This document shows, piece after piece, positions 43,567 to 56,414 of a DNA stretch of 64,000 nt. The translations under genes and the position numbers were made by a program. The notes beneath the pieces were generated by a model. It searched no databases. It was not told where the DNA came from and saw only the letters and a program-made list of their open reading frames with translations. Where the stretch lies: positions 1 through 64,000 of the forward strand of contig CAVPHD010000011.1 of assembly GCA_963704165.1 (NCBI GenBank), in the 5' to 3' direction. Source of the DNA: an uncultured delta proteobacterium. GTDB taxonomy: Bacteria > Myxococcota_A > UBA9160 > SZUA-336. Within the stretch, counting starts at the first letter, position 1, and each line of letters starts with the position of its first letter.

Positions 43567-44822
43567 CTCGGCTTCTTCCGCACCTCGATCGAGAGCGTCT
43601 TCAATCCGCGCAGGATGTAGCTCGGTTCGTACTCGAAGGTCTGCCCGGGCGCGAACGCGATTCGATCGACGCGCTTCACGATCTCTTCGAACGCGATTCG
43701 CGTTTCGAGCCGAGCGAGCGGCGCGCCGATGCAGAAGTGCGCCCCGCGTCCGAAGGCGATGTGATCGCGCAGGTTCTCGCGCGTCGGATCGAATCGGTCG
43801 GGGTCGGGGAAAACGCGCTCGTCGCGATTCGCCGAGCCGAACATGATCCAGAGCATCGAGCCCTTCGGCACCCGGACGCCGCCGAGCTCCGCATCGCGGA
43901 GCGCGACCCGGAACATGCCCTGATTCGGCGTCGAGAGCCGCAGCGACTCTTCGATCATCGCAGGGATCCTCGAAGGGTCGCGCTGAATCCGCCGCCATTC
44001 CTCCGGATTCTCGATCAGCAGCCGGATCGTCTCGTTCAGGAGCTTCGTGGTGGTCTCGTTTCCGGCGACCATCAGCTGCTGAATGATCGAGAGCAGCTCG
44101 GGAATCGCGAGCAGACGCTCGGCCCCGGTCTCGTCCTCGAACTGCGCCCGCGCGAGGTCGGTCAGGAAGTCGTCGCGCGGGCGTGTGCGCCGGTCCGCGA
44201 ACTCCGACGCCCAATAGTGTTGCATCTCGACGAGCCCGCGCGCGGCCTCGAGCCGCCGGGCGTCGTCGATCTCGACCCCGAGCGCGGCGACCGAGTCGTC
44301 CGACCAGGGCTTGATCCTCGGCTCGACCTCGGGCTTCATGCCGAGCGCGAACGAGATCACGCGAACCGGGAACGACACCGCGAACTCGTCGTGAAACGGC
44401 ACGATCCCGCGCTCGGGCCAGCGCGAGACCAGATCGGCGCAGAGCTCGCGAATGCGCGGCTCGAGCGCGAGGATGCGCCGGCTCGAGAACGCGCGGCCGA
44501 CCGTCTTCCGATAGCGCGTCTGAAGCGGCGGGTCGGCGGTCAGCATCGTGTTCACGGGCGGGAAGCCCTTCGAGAGAATTCCGAGCAGCTCCGCTCGGAC
44601 CCCGCCGGCGGGCAGCGTCGCCGTGTTCGCGAGCTGCGACGAGTAGATCTCGGGGGCGGCCAGCACCTCGTTCACCCGATCCAGCGTCGATACGAAGAAC
44701 ATCCCCGTTCTCGGATGGCGAAAGACGGGAGCTCGGCGGCGAAGCTCGGCGTAGAAGGGGTACGGGTTCTGCTGGACCGATCGCTCCATCGGGTCATAGG
44801 TGTCGAGATCGAGATCGCCCAC
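43563..44822 (-). CDS. Cytochrome P450
   Basis: DPP, I-helix AGNETT, ExxR (ESLR), ANRD..F.DPDRFD, heme motif FGRGAHFCIG. Confidence 0.96.
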   Translation of the reverse strand: MGDLDLDTYDPMERSVQQNPYPFYAELRRRAPVFRHPRTGMFFVSTLDRVNEVLAAPEIYSSQLANTATLPAGGVRAELLGILSKGFPPVNTMLTADPPLQTRYRKTVGRAFSSRRILALEPRIRELCADLVSRWPERGIVPFHDEFAVSFPVRVISFALGMKPEVEPRIKPWSDDSVAALGVEIDDARRLEAARGLVEMQHYWASEFADRRTRPRDDFLTDLARAQFEDETGAERLLAIPELLSIIQQLMVAGNETTTKLLNETIRLLIENPEEWRRIQRDPSRIPAMIEESLRLSTPNQGMFRVALRDAELGGVRVPKGSMLWIMFGSANRDERVFPDPDRFDPTRENLRDHIAFGRGAHFCIGAPLARLETRIAFEEIVKRVDRIAFAPGQTFEYEPSYILRGLKTLSIEVRKKPS

Positions 44823-44884
44823 GTCGCACCTCGAGTCGGGCCGCCGTGAGACACTTCTAGCACGAATCGAACGGGGGATCGGCG

Positions 44885-45637
44885 ATGCCGGGATTGGTAC
44901 TGCGCGACGATGCCGAGGGCGTGGCCGTGCTCACGTTGAACCGGCCCGACGTGCTGAACGCGCTGTCGCCGAAGCTCTTCGAGGAGCTCCGCGCACACGT
45001 CGAGCGGCTCGCGAGCGAAGTGGATTCGGTGGGCTGCGTGGTCCTTCGGGGCGCCGGGCGCTCGTTCTCGGCCGGGAACGACCTGAACGCGATCCGCGCC
45101 GGAGAGCGCGCACCGTCGGCGCACTTCCAGGCCGAGACGCTCGATGCGCTCGAGCATCTGCCGCAGCCCGTGATCGCGTCGGTGCAGGGTCACTGCTACA
45201 CGGGCGCACTCGAGCTCGTCCTGGCGTGCGATCTACTGGTCGTCGCCGAATCCGCGAAGCTCGCCGACACCCACGGGAAGTGGGGCATGACGCCGACCTG
45301 GGGGATGAGCCAGCGCCTGCCGCGCCGGATCGGGCCGCTGCGCGCGAAGGAGCTGATGTTCAGCGGCCGCGCCGTGTCCGGGCGCGATGCGGTCGCGCTC
45401 GGCCTCGCGAACGAATGCGTGCCGGATGCGGAGCTCGAATCGCGCACGCTCGGACTCGCGCGTGAGATCGCCGCCAACTCGTGGTTCACGCTGCGCACCG
45501 AGAAGACGCTCCTGCGCGAGGGCGCCGGCCTGCCGCCACGAGAGGCGCTCGCCTACGAACGTGCCCACAGTCCCGGCGCCGGGCCCGACATGAACGAGCG
45601 CCTCGCGGCCTTCGGGTCGAAGCAGAAGCCGCGCTAG
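44885..45637 (+). CDS. Enoyl-CoA hydratase/isomerase (crotonase family)
   Basis: LTLNRPDVLNAL, FSAGNDL, PVIASVQGHC.TGALEL.LACD. Confidence 0.92.
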   Translation: MPGLVLRDDAEGVAVLTLNRPDVLNALSPKLFEELRAHVERLASEVDSVGCVVLRGAGRSFSAGNDLNAIRAGERAPSAHFQAETLDALEHLPQPVIASVQGHCYTGALELVLACDLLVVAESAKLADTHGKWGMTPTWGMSQRLPRRIGPLRAKELMFSGRAVSGRDAVALGLANECVPDAELESRTLGLAREIAANSWFTLRTEKTLLREGAGLPPREALAYERAHSPGAGPDMNERLAAFGSKQKPR

Positions 45638-46041
45638 CAGCCCACGCAGGGAAGCTTCTTGTCGCGCCAGCCGCGCATGTCGCCCTCGAGGTGGACGACG
45701 CGAAAGCCCGCGCCCTCGAGCGCGTCGGCCGCCTTCGCGGCGCGGAATCCCCGCTCGCAGTAGACCACGACCTCGCGGTCCCGGGCGTCGCCGAGCTCCG
45801 AGATGCGATCTCCGACTTCGTCGTACGGCAGGTTCTTCGCACCGGCGATGTGGCCTGTGTCGAATTCCTTCGGCGAGCGAACGTCGAGCACCAGCGGCGG
45901 ATCGGCGGCACCGAGTCGCTCGAGCAATTCGATGTCCGAGATCGAGGCCATGTCCCCCATGCAGCCGGATCCGAGCAGGACGATGACCACGAGGGCGAGT
46001 ACCGTGCGGCCGCCCCGTTCGGGCGCGTACAATCGGCGCAT
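45634..46041 (-). CDS. Rhodanese-like domain lipoprotein
   Basis: LDVRSPKEF..GHIAGA, active-site loop YCERGFRA, LEGDM.GW, lipobox GSGC; start uncertain. Confidence 0.85.
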   Translation of the reverse strand: MRRLYAPERGGRTVLALVVIVLLGSGCMGDMASISDIELLERLGAADPPLVLDVRSPKEFDTGHIAGAKNLPYDEVGDRISELGDARDREVVVYCERGFRAAKAADALEGAGFRVVHLEGDMRGWRDKKLPCVGC

Positions 46042-46134
46042 GAGAAGCTGAAATCTCCGTGTCACGGCGCAGATCATCCCCGACCGGGATGCGTTGCGCC
46101 AGCCGGGCCCGAACGAAAAACGTGAGGTGAAGAC

Positions 46135-46647
46135 ATGGCCGTGAAGAAGTTCCCGATCGAGGCGAGCCACATCTTGATGTTCGCGCGCGCGATCAACGAT
46201 CCGAATCCGATCTACTCCGACGAGGACCACGCCGGGAAGTCGGAGGTCGGCGCGATCATCGCCCCGCCGACGTTCACGCAGGCATCCGCGCAGTTCGACC
46301 CCGACTACTTCCTTCGGCCCAAGTTCGGCCAGCCGTGGTTCGGCTCGGCCAAGGAACCCACCGGGCTGAAGCCGCGGGCATCCACGGGTGGCGGTGCAGC
46401 GCCGAGCGGTGCCGCCGCCGGAGGCCTGCACGCCGAGCAGCACTTCGAGTACCACCGGCCGCTCCGGGCCGGCGACGTGCTCACCGCGCGGAGCAAGCCC
46501 GGGAAGACCTGGGAGAAAGAGGGCCGAAGGGGCGGGAAGCTGCTCTTCTCCGAGTCGATCACCGAGTACTACGACGCCTCGGGCGAGCTCGTCGTGACCG
46601 CGCGCGGTGTCGGCGTGCGGACCGAACGCGTCATCGAGCAGAAGTAG
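46135..46647 (+). CDS. MaoC N-terminal/FAS1-like dehydratase partner subunit
   Basis: MFARAINDPNPIY, APPTF, LHAEQHFEYHRPLRAGD. Confidence 0.88.
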   Translation: MAVKKFPIEASHILMFARAINDPNPIYSDEDHAGKSEVGAIIAPPTFTQASAQFDPDYFLRPKFGQPWFGSAKEPTGLKPRASTGGGAAPSGAAAGGLHAEQHFEYHRPLRAGDVLTARSKPGKTWEKEGRRGGKLLFSESITEYYDASGELVVTARGVGVRTERVIEQK

Positions 46648-46658
46648 GAGGATCCGAG

Positions 46659-47081
46659 ATGTCACTCCGAGCCAGTCAGCTGAAGGTCGGCGACATCCGC
46701 GAAGAGGTCGTGATCGAGAACCTCTCGCGCACACAGCTCGTGATGTACGCGGGCGCCTCGGGCGACTACAACCCGGTGCACACCGACGAGGTCTTCGCGA
46801 CCAAGGTCGCCGGCTACCCCTCGGTGTTCGCGCACGGGATGCTCAGCATGGGCGCGACCGGGCGCATGCTGACGAACTGGGTCGGCGACGGCCGGCTCAC
46901 CAAGTACGGCGTGCGCTTCGTCTCTCAGGTCTGGCCCGGCGACTCGCTGACCGCGCGTGCGGTGGTCGAGGCGATTCGCGACGAGAACGGCGCGAAGTTC
47001 GCGGACTTCGCGGTCGTGACGGTGAACCAGGACGGGAAGGACGTCGTCTCGGGCTACGCCTGCGCGCGGCTCGATCCGTAG
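46659..47081 (+). CDS. MaoC-like dehydratase, catalytic subunit
   Basis: YAGASGDYNPVH.D, FAHGM, VWPGD; AGGAGG RBS. Confidence 0.9.
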   Translation: MSLRASQLKVGDIREEVVIENLSRTQLVMYAGASGDYNPVHTDEVFATKVAGYPSVFAHGMLSMGATGRMLTNWVGDGRLTKYGVRFVSQVWPGDSLTARAVVEAIRDENGAKFADFAVVTVNQDGKDVVSGYACARLDP

Positions 47082-47983
47082 CGCGCGACGAATCCCAGGT
47101 AGGCGTGGACGTCGATCAGGTCCGCAGCGCCCGCCGGCTTGAGCCGATCGCAGAGCGCGCGGCCCATGCGCAGGAGCTTGTCGTAGGTCCGCGCGTTGGG
47201 CTCGGCCTGATAGGCGAGATCGAAACGCAGGCGCTCCGCCGCCGGTTTGCTCACGTCGGGCTTGAGCAGCAGGAACGCCCCCGGGCTGGCCAGGAACGGG
47301 AGCGCGGTGGCGAGCGTCCACTTCGCCGCCGTGGTCTTCGCGCGCAGGGACAAAGCCTCGACCGCCTCGAAATACGCGACGAGCGCTTCGCCGGTCTCGC
47401 TCCCGGCGGAGAGCAGGCGGAACAACGCGGCGAACAACCCCTTGGCTCCCGCTTCGTCCGCGAGCCCATCGCGAAGCGCGGCGAACTCGGTGCGGTTCAG
47501 GATTCCCGCCTGCTTCGCAACCGCCAGAGAGCGCGTCGAGAGCTCCTGCACGTCCCCGTCGGCGAGCAGCTGCTCGCCCTGTCCGTTGCCCAGCGTCTCG
47601 GTCCACAGTTCGTGCGCGCTGGCTCGTGGAGCGCGCTCTCGGCCGACGTAGGACGGGTCCGAGAATCCCTGCGGGAACAGACGCACGAGTTCGCCCACAC
47701 CTTCGTCGAACGCGACGCGCGGCTGGGTGACCTGGAACTTTCCGTTCTTGAACGCAGGCAAGTTGTCGAGCCACGGATCGCTCTGCACCGCGGAGGCCTC
47801 GAGCGAGCGAAGCACCATCGTCTTCAGGCCGTCTCCCGACGAATCGGTACCCGCATCGCGGAAACACACGACCGCCTTCGAGCCCTCGATCTGCATCACG
47901 CGTCCCGGCCCCCATTCGCGCATCCGCGGGTTCACGACGTAGGTATCGGCCTCGATCACGGCGGCAGGGGCAGGGTCGCTCAA
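47054..47983 (-). CDS. Hypothetical protein with DUF3553-like N-terminal beta domain
   Basis: N-terminal NP...EWGPGRV...G..AVVCF..AG followed by a helical domain; TTG start with GGAG RBS. Confidence 0.6.
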   Translation of the reverse strand: MSDPAPAAVIEADTYVVNPRMREWGPGRVMQIEGSKAVVCFRDAGTDSSGDGLKTMVLRSLEASAVQSDPWLDNLPAFKNGKFQVTQPRVAFDEGVGELVRLFPQGFSDPSYVGRERAPRASAHELWTETLGNGQGEQLLADGDVQELSTRSLAVAKQAGILNRTEFAALRDGLADEAGAKGLFAALFRLLSAGSETGEALVAYFEAVEALSLRAKTTAAKWTLATALPFLASPGAFLLLKPDVSKPAAERLRFDLAYQAEPNARTYDKLLRMGRALCDRLKPAGAADLIDVHAYLGFVARYGSSRAQA

Positions 47984-48182
47984 GAGATCTCCTCCGGTGG
48001 TGCGCGTGGCGCAGTCGCCGACACGGTCGAGCGTCGATCCGCCCGTACGTCCTCAAGCTAGCGTTTTATGGCAGCTTTCGCGCCGAAATGTTCCGCGCGG
48101 GCGGCGCGCGAAGCGTGGCATGATCGGGCGACGCGCAAGTGAAGCCCGTAGGGGTGCGAACAGGATGGAGGGACGGGGAGAC

Positions 48183-48944
48183 ATGGCGCTGCGATTGGAT
48201 GGCAAGGTCGCACTGGTGACCGGCGGCTCGCGCGGGATCGGCAAGGGAATCGCGAAGGCGTTCGCGCAGGCGGGCGCGCAGGTGATGATCACCTCGCGCA
48301 AGGCGGAGAGCTGCGAACAGGCCGCGAAGGAGATCGGCGCGACCGCGCTCTTCGAGACGAGCAACATCGGCCGGTACGAAGACGCCGAACGCGTGATCGC
48401 CGCGACGCTCGACCGGCTCGGCCGGCTCGACATCCTGGTCAACAACGCCGCGACCAATCCCTACGCCGGACCGACGATCGACGTCGATCTGCCGCGCTGG
48501 GAGAAGACGCTGCAGGTCAACCTGACCGCCCCGCTCTTCTGGACCCAGCTCGCGTGGCAGCGGTTCATGCGCGAGAACGGCGGTGCGGTCATCAACATCT
48601 CGAGCGTCGGCGGCTTCTCGACCAACCCGATCCTCGGCGTCTACGACGTGACCAAGGCCGCGCTGATCCATCTGACGAGGCAGCTCGCCGCCGAGTTGGG
48701 CCCGCGCGTGCGCGTGAACGCGATCGCGCCGGGCCTGATCCGCACCGACTTCGCGCGCGCTCTCTGGGAGGACGGCCGCGGTGACCAGGTCGCCAAGGCC
48801 TACCCGCTGAAGCGTCTCGGCGAGCCCGAAGACGTCGCCGCCGCCGCGCTCTACCTCGCCTGCGACGATGCGAGCGGCTGGGTCACCGGCCATACGATCG
48901 TACTCGACGGCGGCGGCCTGATCGGCTTCAACCGCGTAGGCTGA
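48183..48944 (+). CDS. Short-chain dehydrogenase/reductase
   Basis: TGGSRGIG, NNAA, YDVTK, NAIAPG. Confidence 0.93.
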   Translation: MALRLDGKVALVTGGSRGIGKGIAKAFAQAGAQVMITSRKAESCEQAAKEIGATALFETSNIGRYEDAERVIAATLDRLGRLDILVNNAATNPYAGPTIDVDLPRWEKTLQVNLTAPLFWTQLAWQRFMRENGGAVINISSVGGFSTNPILGVYDVTKAALIHLTRQLAAELGPRVRVNAIAPGLIRTDFARALWEDGRGDQVAKAYPLKRLGEPEDVAAAALYLACDDASGWVTGHTIVLDGGGLIGFNRVG

Positions 48945-48967
48945 AACACACGAGAAGGAGCTCCGAC

Positions 48968-49378
48968 GTGAAGGCCCTGAAGATCCTCGTCATCGCATGC
49001 GCCGTGTACGCAGGCATCGTCGCCGCTTTCGAATCCATGCTCGGCTACTTCCAGCCGCAAGCCGGAACGACGCTCGTCATCACGACCATCGACGAAAGCG
49101 GTGCAGCACACCCGCGGGTGGTGTCACGGCTGGACAGCAACTCCGCGCTCTACGTCGCGGCGAACCATTGGCCCCGCGCCTGGTATCGCCAGGCGCTCGA
49201 GAACCCGAACGTTCGAGTCACGGCGGATGGGAAGGAGACGTCCTACATCGCGGTTCCGGTGACCGGCGCGGAGCACGACCGCGTGAACGACGAGCACCGC
49301 CACGGAATCCTGTTCCGAATCCTGACGGGATTCCCGCCGCGGTACTTCCTTCGCCTCGATCCGGCGCCGCCCGGATAG
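48968..49378 (+). CDS. Small membrane-anchored split-barrel (Ddn/DUF385-like) protein
   Basis: N-terminal TM segment, LVITT, LYVAANH, WYRQALENPNV.V. Confidence 0.55.
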   Translation: MKALKILVIACAVYAGIVAAFESMLGYFQPQAGTTLVITTIDESGAAHPRVVSRLDSNSALYVAANHWPRAWYRQALENPNVRVTADGKETSYIAVPVTGAEHDRVNDEHRHGILFRILTGFPPRYFLRLDPAPPG

Positions 49379-49568
49379 CGGCGCGCCGCGCGCGCCGAAC
49401 GCGTCGCCTTTCGGTGTAGGGATCACAGCGGGGGCGCAGCTGCGCTCCTCCCATGGCATTTTCGGACAAAACGCTTGATCCCGACCCCGCGAAGGCGCGA
49501 CGATGGTACGCTAGGTGACGTCGTCTCCGGGCCCTGGAGAGACTCTCGAAACCTCTGGAGGGTCTTCG

Positions 49569-52973
<3,405 letters not shown>

Positions 52974-53059
52974 CCTCCCCCCATGCCGCGTCTGGTCTAG
53001 AATCGGTCTCCACCGGCGATCGCGTCGCGGAATCACCCAAACACCGTGAGGCAGAAACC

Positions 53060-54091
53060 ATGAGCAAGCTCACCGACGACCCACGCATCGACCCGCGCAT
53101 CAAGGCCACGATGGGCATGATGCCGATGGAGCGCCAGACCGACGCGAGGAGCCGCGAAGAGATGGTCGCCGAGGCCAACAGCCCCGAAGCCGTCTCCCGC
53201 ATGGAGACGCTCAAGGCCGCCTTCTCCATGCTCGACAGTGAGCAGATCGCGCCGTCCACGGGACTGTCGATCGCGACGCACGAGTTCAAGTCGTCGCCCG
53301 ACGGCAACACCATCAAGGTTCAGTTCATCCGCCCGGAGTCCGCGTCGCCCCTGCCCTGCGTGTACTACATCCACGGCGGCGGAATGCAGGTGATGTCGTG
53401 CTTCGACGGCATGTACAGGTCCTGGGGCCGAATCATCGCCGCGCAGGGCGTCGCGGTGGCGATGGTCGACTTCCGCAACTGCCTGACGCCGTCGTCCGCG
53501 CCGGAGATCGCACCCTTTCCGGCCGGGCTCAACGACTGCGTGTCCGGCGTGAAGTGGTTGCACGCCAACGCCGCGAAGCTCGGCGTCGATCCCGCGCACA
53601 TCATCGTCGCGGGCGAGAGCGGCGGCGGGAACCTCACCCTGGCCACGGGCCTGAAGCTGAAGCAGGACGGGGACCTGGGTTTGATCCGCGGCTTGTACGC
53701 GCTCTGCCCGTACATCGCCGGAAGCTGGCCGCGCGAAGACCTGCCGTCCTCGATCGAGAACAACGGCATCCTGCTCGACCTGCACAACAACCGCGGCGCG
53801 ATGGCCTACGGCATCGCCGAGCTCGAGCGCAAGAACCACCTGGCCTGGCCCGGCTTCGCGTCCGAGCAGGACGTGAAGGGCCTCGTGCCGACGGTGATCA
53901 GCGTGAACGAGTGCGATCCGCTGCGCGACGAAGGCATCGCCTTCTACCACCTGCTGCTCCGCGCCAACGTTCCCGCGCGCTGCCGGCAGGTGATGGGCAC
54001 GATCCACGGCACGGAGATCTTCGCCATCGCGTGTCCCGACATCAGTCGAGAAACGGCCGGCAGCATCGCGCAGTTCTGCCGCACGGCCTGA
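53060..54091 (+). CDS. Alpha/beta hydrolase (HSL-type esterase)
   Basis: HGGG oxyanion motif, GESGG nucleophile elbow, DPLRDEG, catalytic H in GTIHG. Confidence 0.92.
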   Translation: MSKLTDDPRIDPRIKATMGMMPMERQTDARSREEMVAEANSPEAVSRMETLKAAFSMLDSEQIAPSTGLSIATHEFKSSPDGNTIKVQFIRPESASPLPCVYYIHGGGMQVMSCFDGMYRSWGRIIAAQGVAVAMVDFRNCLTPSSAPEIAPFPAGLNDCVSGVKWLHANAAKLGVDPAHIIVAGESGGGNLTLATGLKLKQDGDLGLIRGLYALCPYIAGSWPREDLPSSIENNGILLDLHNNRGAMAYGIAELERKNHLAWPGFASEQDVKGLVPTVISVNECDPLRDEGIAFYHLLLRANVPARCRQVMGTIHGTEIFAIACPDISRETAGSIAQFCRTA

Positions 54092-54138
54092 CACGCTCAC
54101 GCTGAAGAGGAGCACCCGGAGCCGGGAGCCGCCGAGGC

Positions 54139-54186
54139 GCCCTGGACAAAGCCAACGACCCGCGCGGTCGAGGCCATGTCCAGGGC
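54139..54186. terminator. Long hairpin between convergent genes
   Basis: GCCCTGGACA...TGTCCAGGGC (10 bp) enclosing GCC/GGC and CGACC/GGTCG stems; no U tract. Confidence 0.5.
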
Positions 54187-54192
54187 CATTCG

Positions 54193-54576
54193 TCAGCTCG
54201 CCATGCGGTGCAGCGCGCAGATCTTGTTGCCCGCCGGATCGCGGAGATAGGCGAGGTACATCGAGCCCATGCCGCCAGCGCGCACGCCCGGCGGGTCTTC
54301 ACAGCTGACGCCGCCGTTCGCCACTCCGGCGGCATGCCATGCCTTCACCTTCTCCTGCGAATCGGCCGCGAAGCCGATCGTGGCGCCGTTCGCCGCGCTG
54401 GCCGGAGCACCGTTGATCGGCTTCGTGATCGCGAAGACGCCGGTCGGGGTCATGTAGAAGACCCGGCCCTTGTCGTCCTGGTTTCCGGGCTTGATCCCGA
54501 GCGCGCCCAGAGCCGCGTCGTAGAACTTCTTCGAGGCTGCGACATCGTTCGCACCCACCATGATGTGGCTGAACAT
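54193..54576 (-). CDS. VOC/glyoxalase family protein
   Basis: MFSHIMVGAND...FYDA, NG.TIGF, YLAYLRDPAGNKIC. Confidence 0.92.
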   Translation of the reverse strand: MFSHIMVGANDVAASKKFYDAALGALGIKPGNQDDKGRVFYMTPTGVFAITKPINGAPASAANGATIGFAADSQEKVKAWHAAGVANGGVSCEDPPGVRAGGMGSMYLAYLRDPAGNKICALHRMAS

Positions 54577-54767
54577 TTCAGGTTTCTCCTACGGAAAGTT
54601 GATCGGAACTCAACGACGCAGCGGATACTACCACCCGAGCGCAACGTCGCGGCCCTCGTCGTCCTCATCGAGCCTCTCGCGATCGCGAGCGACGTGCGCG
54701 GTGGTTGCCGAACCGCGATGCCGCGTGGCCTCGCTCGGGCCGCGACGGACGGCTACGCTGGGCGCCC

Positions 54768-56357
54768 GTGGCTCGGTCCCCCACCTTCGATCTCGCGACG
54801 GAGCTCGCGAAGCCGGGCTTCACGCCGGGAGAGCGCGACGCGTCGGGCCTCGTCGAGCTCATCGTCGCGGGCGGGGAGCCCGCGGCGAAGCGATCCGCTC
54901 GGGCACTCACGGAAATGCGCGACTGCGGACGCGCTGCGATCGGAGCGCGGCTCGAATCCGCCGACGAAGCCGCGAGGGCACGCCTGGTCGCGGCACTCGG
55001 GCTGCTCGCGCGCCGTGGCGACGCGGAAGCGGCGAAGGCCGTGATCGCGCAGATGCAGGACACCGCGACGCGTGTACGGAGGGCCGCCGCCATCGCGCTC
55101 GGCAAGCTCGGCGGCGATACGGCGCGGGCTGCGTTGATCGCGCGGTGGGACGCCGGCGACGTCGCACCCGACGAGCGGCGGGCGCTGACGGAGGCGCTCG
55201 GCAAAACGGGCGGCGACGTCGCCATCGCGCGGTTGACGGCTCTCGACCCAGGGGTCGACGTCGAGCTGCGTCGCATTCGCGATCGAGCGCTCTTGATGGC
55301 CGACCGGTCTGCGAAGCGCGAGGCAAGTTCGACGATCGCGACCGACATCGCGCCACCGTCGCCGCTCGTCGTTCGGCTCGCGTGCCGGCCGGGGCTGGCG
55401 CCGCTTCTCGCCGAGGAGTTGACTTCGATCGGCATGACGCCGCGCTCGATCGACGTGGGTCACGTCGAGCTCGTACTCGCGGCGCCGTGGTCGACGCTCT
55501 TCGCCTCGCGCATGTGGGCGAGCGCAGCGATCCAGATTCCGATGTCGTTGCCGAAGCGCCCGGATGCCGGCGCGCTCTCGGCGGCGATCACGCGCGCGCT
55601 CACGGCCGATTCCACGCGCGCGCTCCTCGCATCGTGGACGCGTGGACCCATCCGCTGGCGCATCGGATTCACGCGCGGTCACAAGCGGGCGATCGTGTGG
55701 CGGGTCGCGCGTGACGTCACCGCCGCGGCACCCGAGCTGATCAACGATCCCACCGCGACGACTTGGGACGTGCGCGTCGATGAAGAGGCGCCGACGCTGG
55801 AACTCGTCCCACGGCAGATCGAGGATCCGCGTTTCGGTTGGCGCGTCGCCGACGTGCCCGCCGCCTCGCACCCGACGGTCGCGGCGGCGCTCGCGTGGGT
55901 CGCCGGCGTCCGGCCCGAGGACCGCGTCTGGGATCCGTTCTGTGGCTCGGGCGCGGAGCTCGTCGAGCGGGCGCGTCGGGGCGCGTATCGCTCGCTGCTC
56001 GGCACGGATCTCGACGCCGACGCGCTCGCCGCCGCACGCGAGAACCTCGACGCATCGGGCCTCCGAGCGGAACTCTCGCTCGCCGACGCGCGCACGCACG
56101 AGGTCGGCACGGTGGACCTCGTCATCACGAACCCGCCGCTCGGCAGCCGCGTTCGGCTCGACGCCGCGGCGTTGCTGATCGACTCGCTGCCGAACCTGGT
56201 TCGTCAGCTCGCGCCGGCTGGGCGCCTCGTCTGGATCACGCCCGCACCGCGCAGGACGACCCCGATCGCCCAGTCACTGAAGCTGCGCCGCGCCCGATCG
56301 CTCAACGTCGACCTCGGGGGTGTACGAGGTCAGCTGGAGCGCTGGGACGCAGAATAG
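54768..56357 (+). CDS. HEAT-repeat protein fused to a TrmN/RlmL-like RNA methyltransferase domain
   Basis: HEAT motifs (VRRAAAIALGKLGG, EALGKTGG), CRPGL..LLAEEL, AAS.PTVAAAL, WDPFCGSG, GTDLD, TNPPLG. Confidence 0.75.
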   Translation: MARSPTFDLATELAKPGFTPGERDASGLVELIVAGGEPAAKRSARALTEMRDCGRAAIGARLESADEAARARLVAALGLLARRGDAEAAKAVIAQMQDTATRVRRAAAIALGKLGGDTARAALIARWDAGDVAPDERRALTEALGKTGGDVAIARLTALDPGVDVELRRIRDRALLMADRSAKREASSTIATDIAPPSPLVVRLACRPGLAPLLAEELTSIGMTPRSIDVGHVELVLAAPWSTLFASRMWASAAIQIPMSLPKRPDAGALSAAITRALTADSTRALLASWTRGPIRWRIGFTRGHKRAIVWRVARDVTAAAPELINDPTATTWDVRVDEEAPTLELVPRQIEDPRFGWRVADVPAASHPTVAAALAWVAGVRPEDRVWDPFCGSGAELVERARRGAYRSLLGTDLDADALAAARENLDASGLRAELSLADARTHEVGTVDLVITNPPLGSRVRLDAAALLIDSLPNLVRQLAPAGRLVWITPAPRRTTPIAQSLKLRRARSLNVDLGGVRGQLERWDAE

Positions 56358-56414
56358 ACATTGCCCTCGCCGGCTCCGCACGAGAGACTGCGGCCACTCT
56401 CTCGAGGTGGGAAC

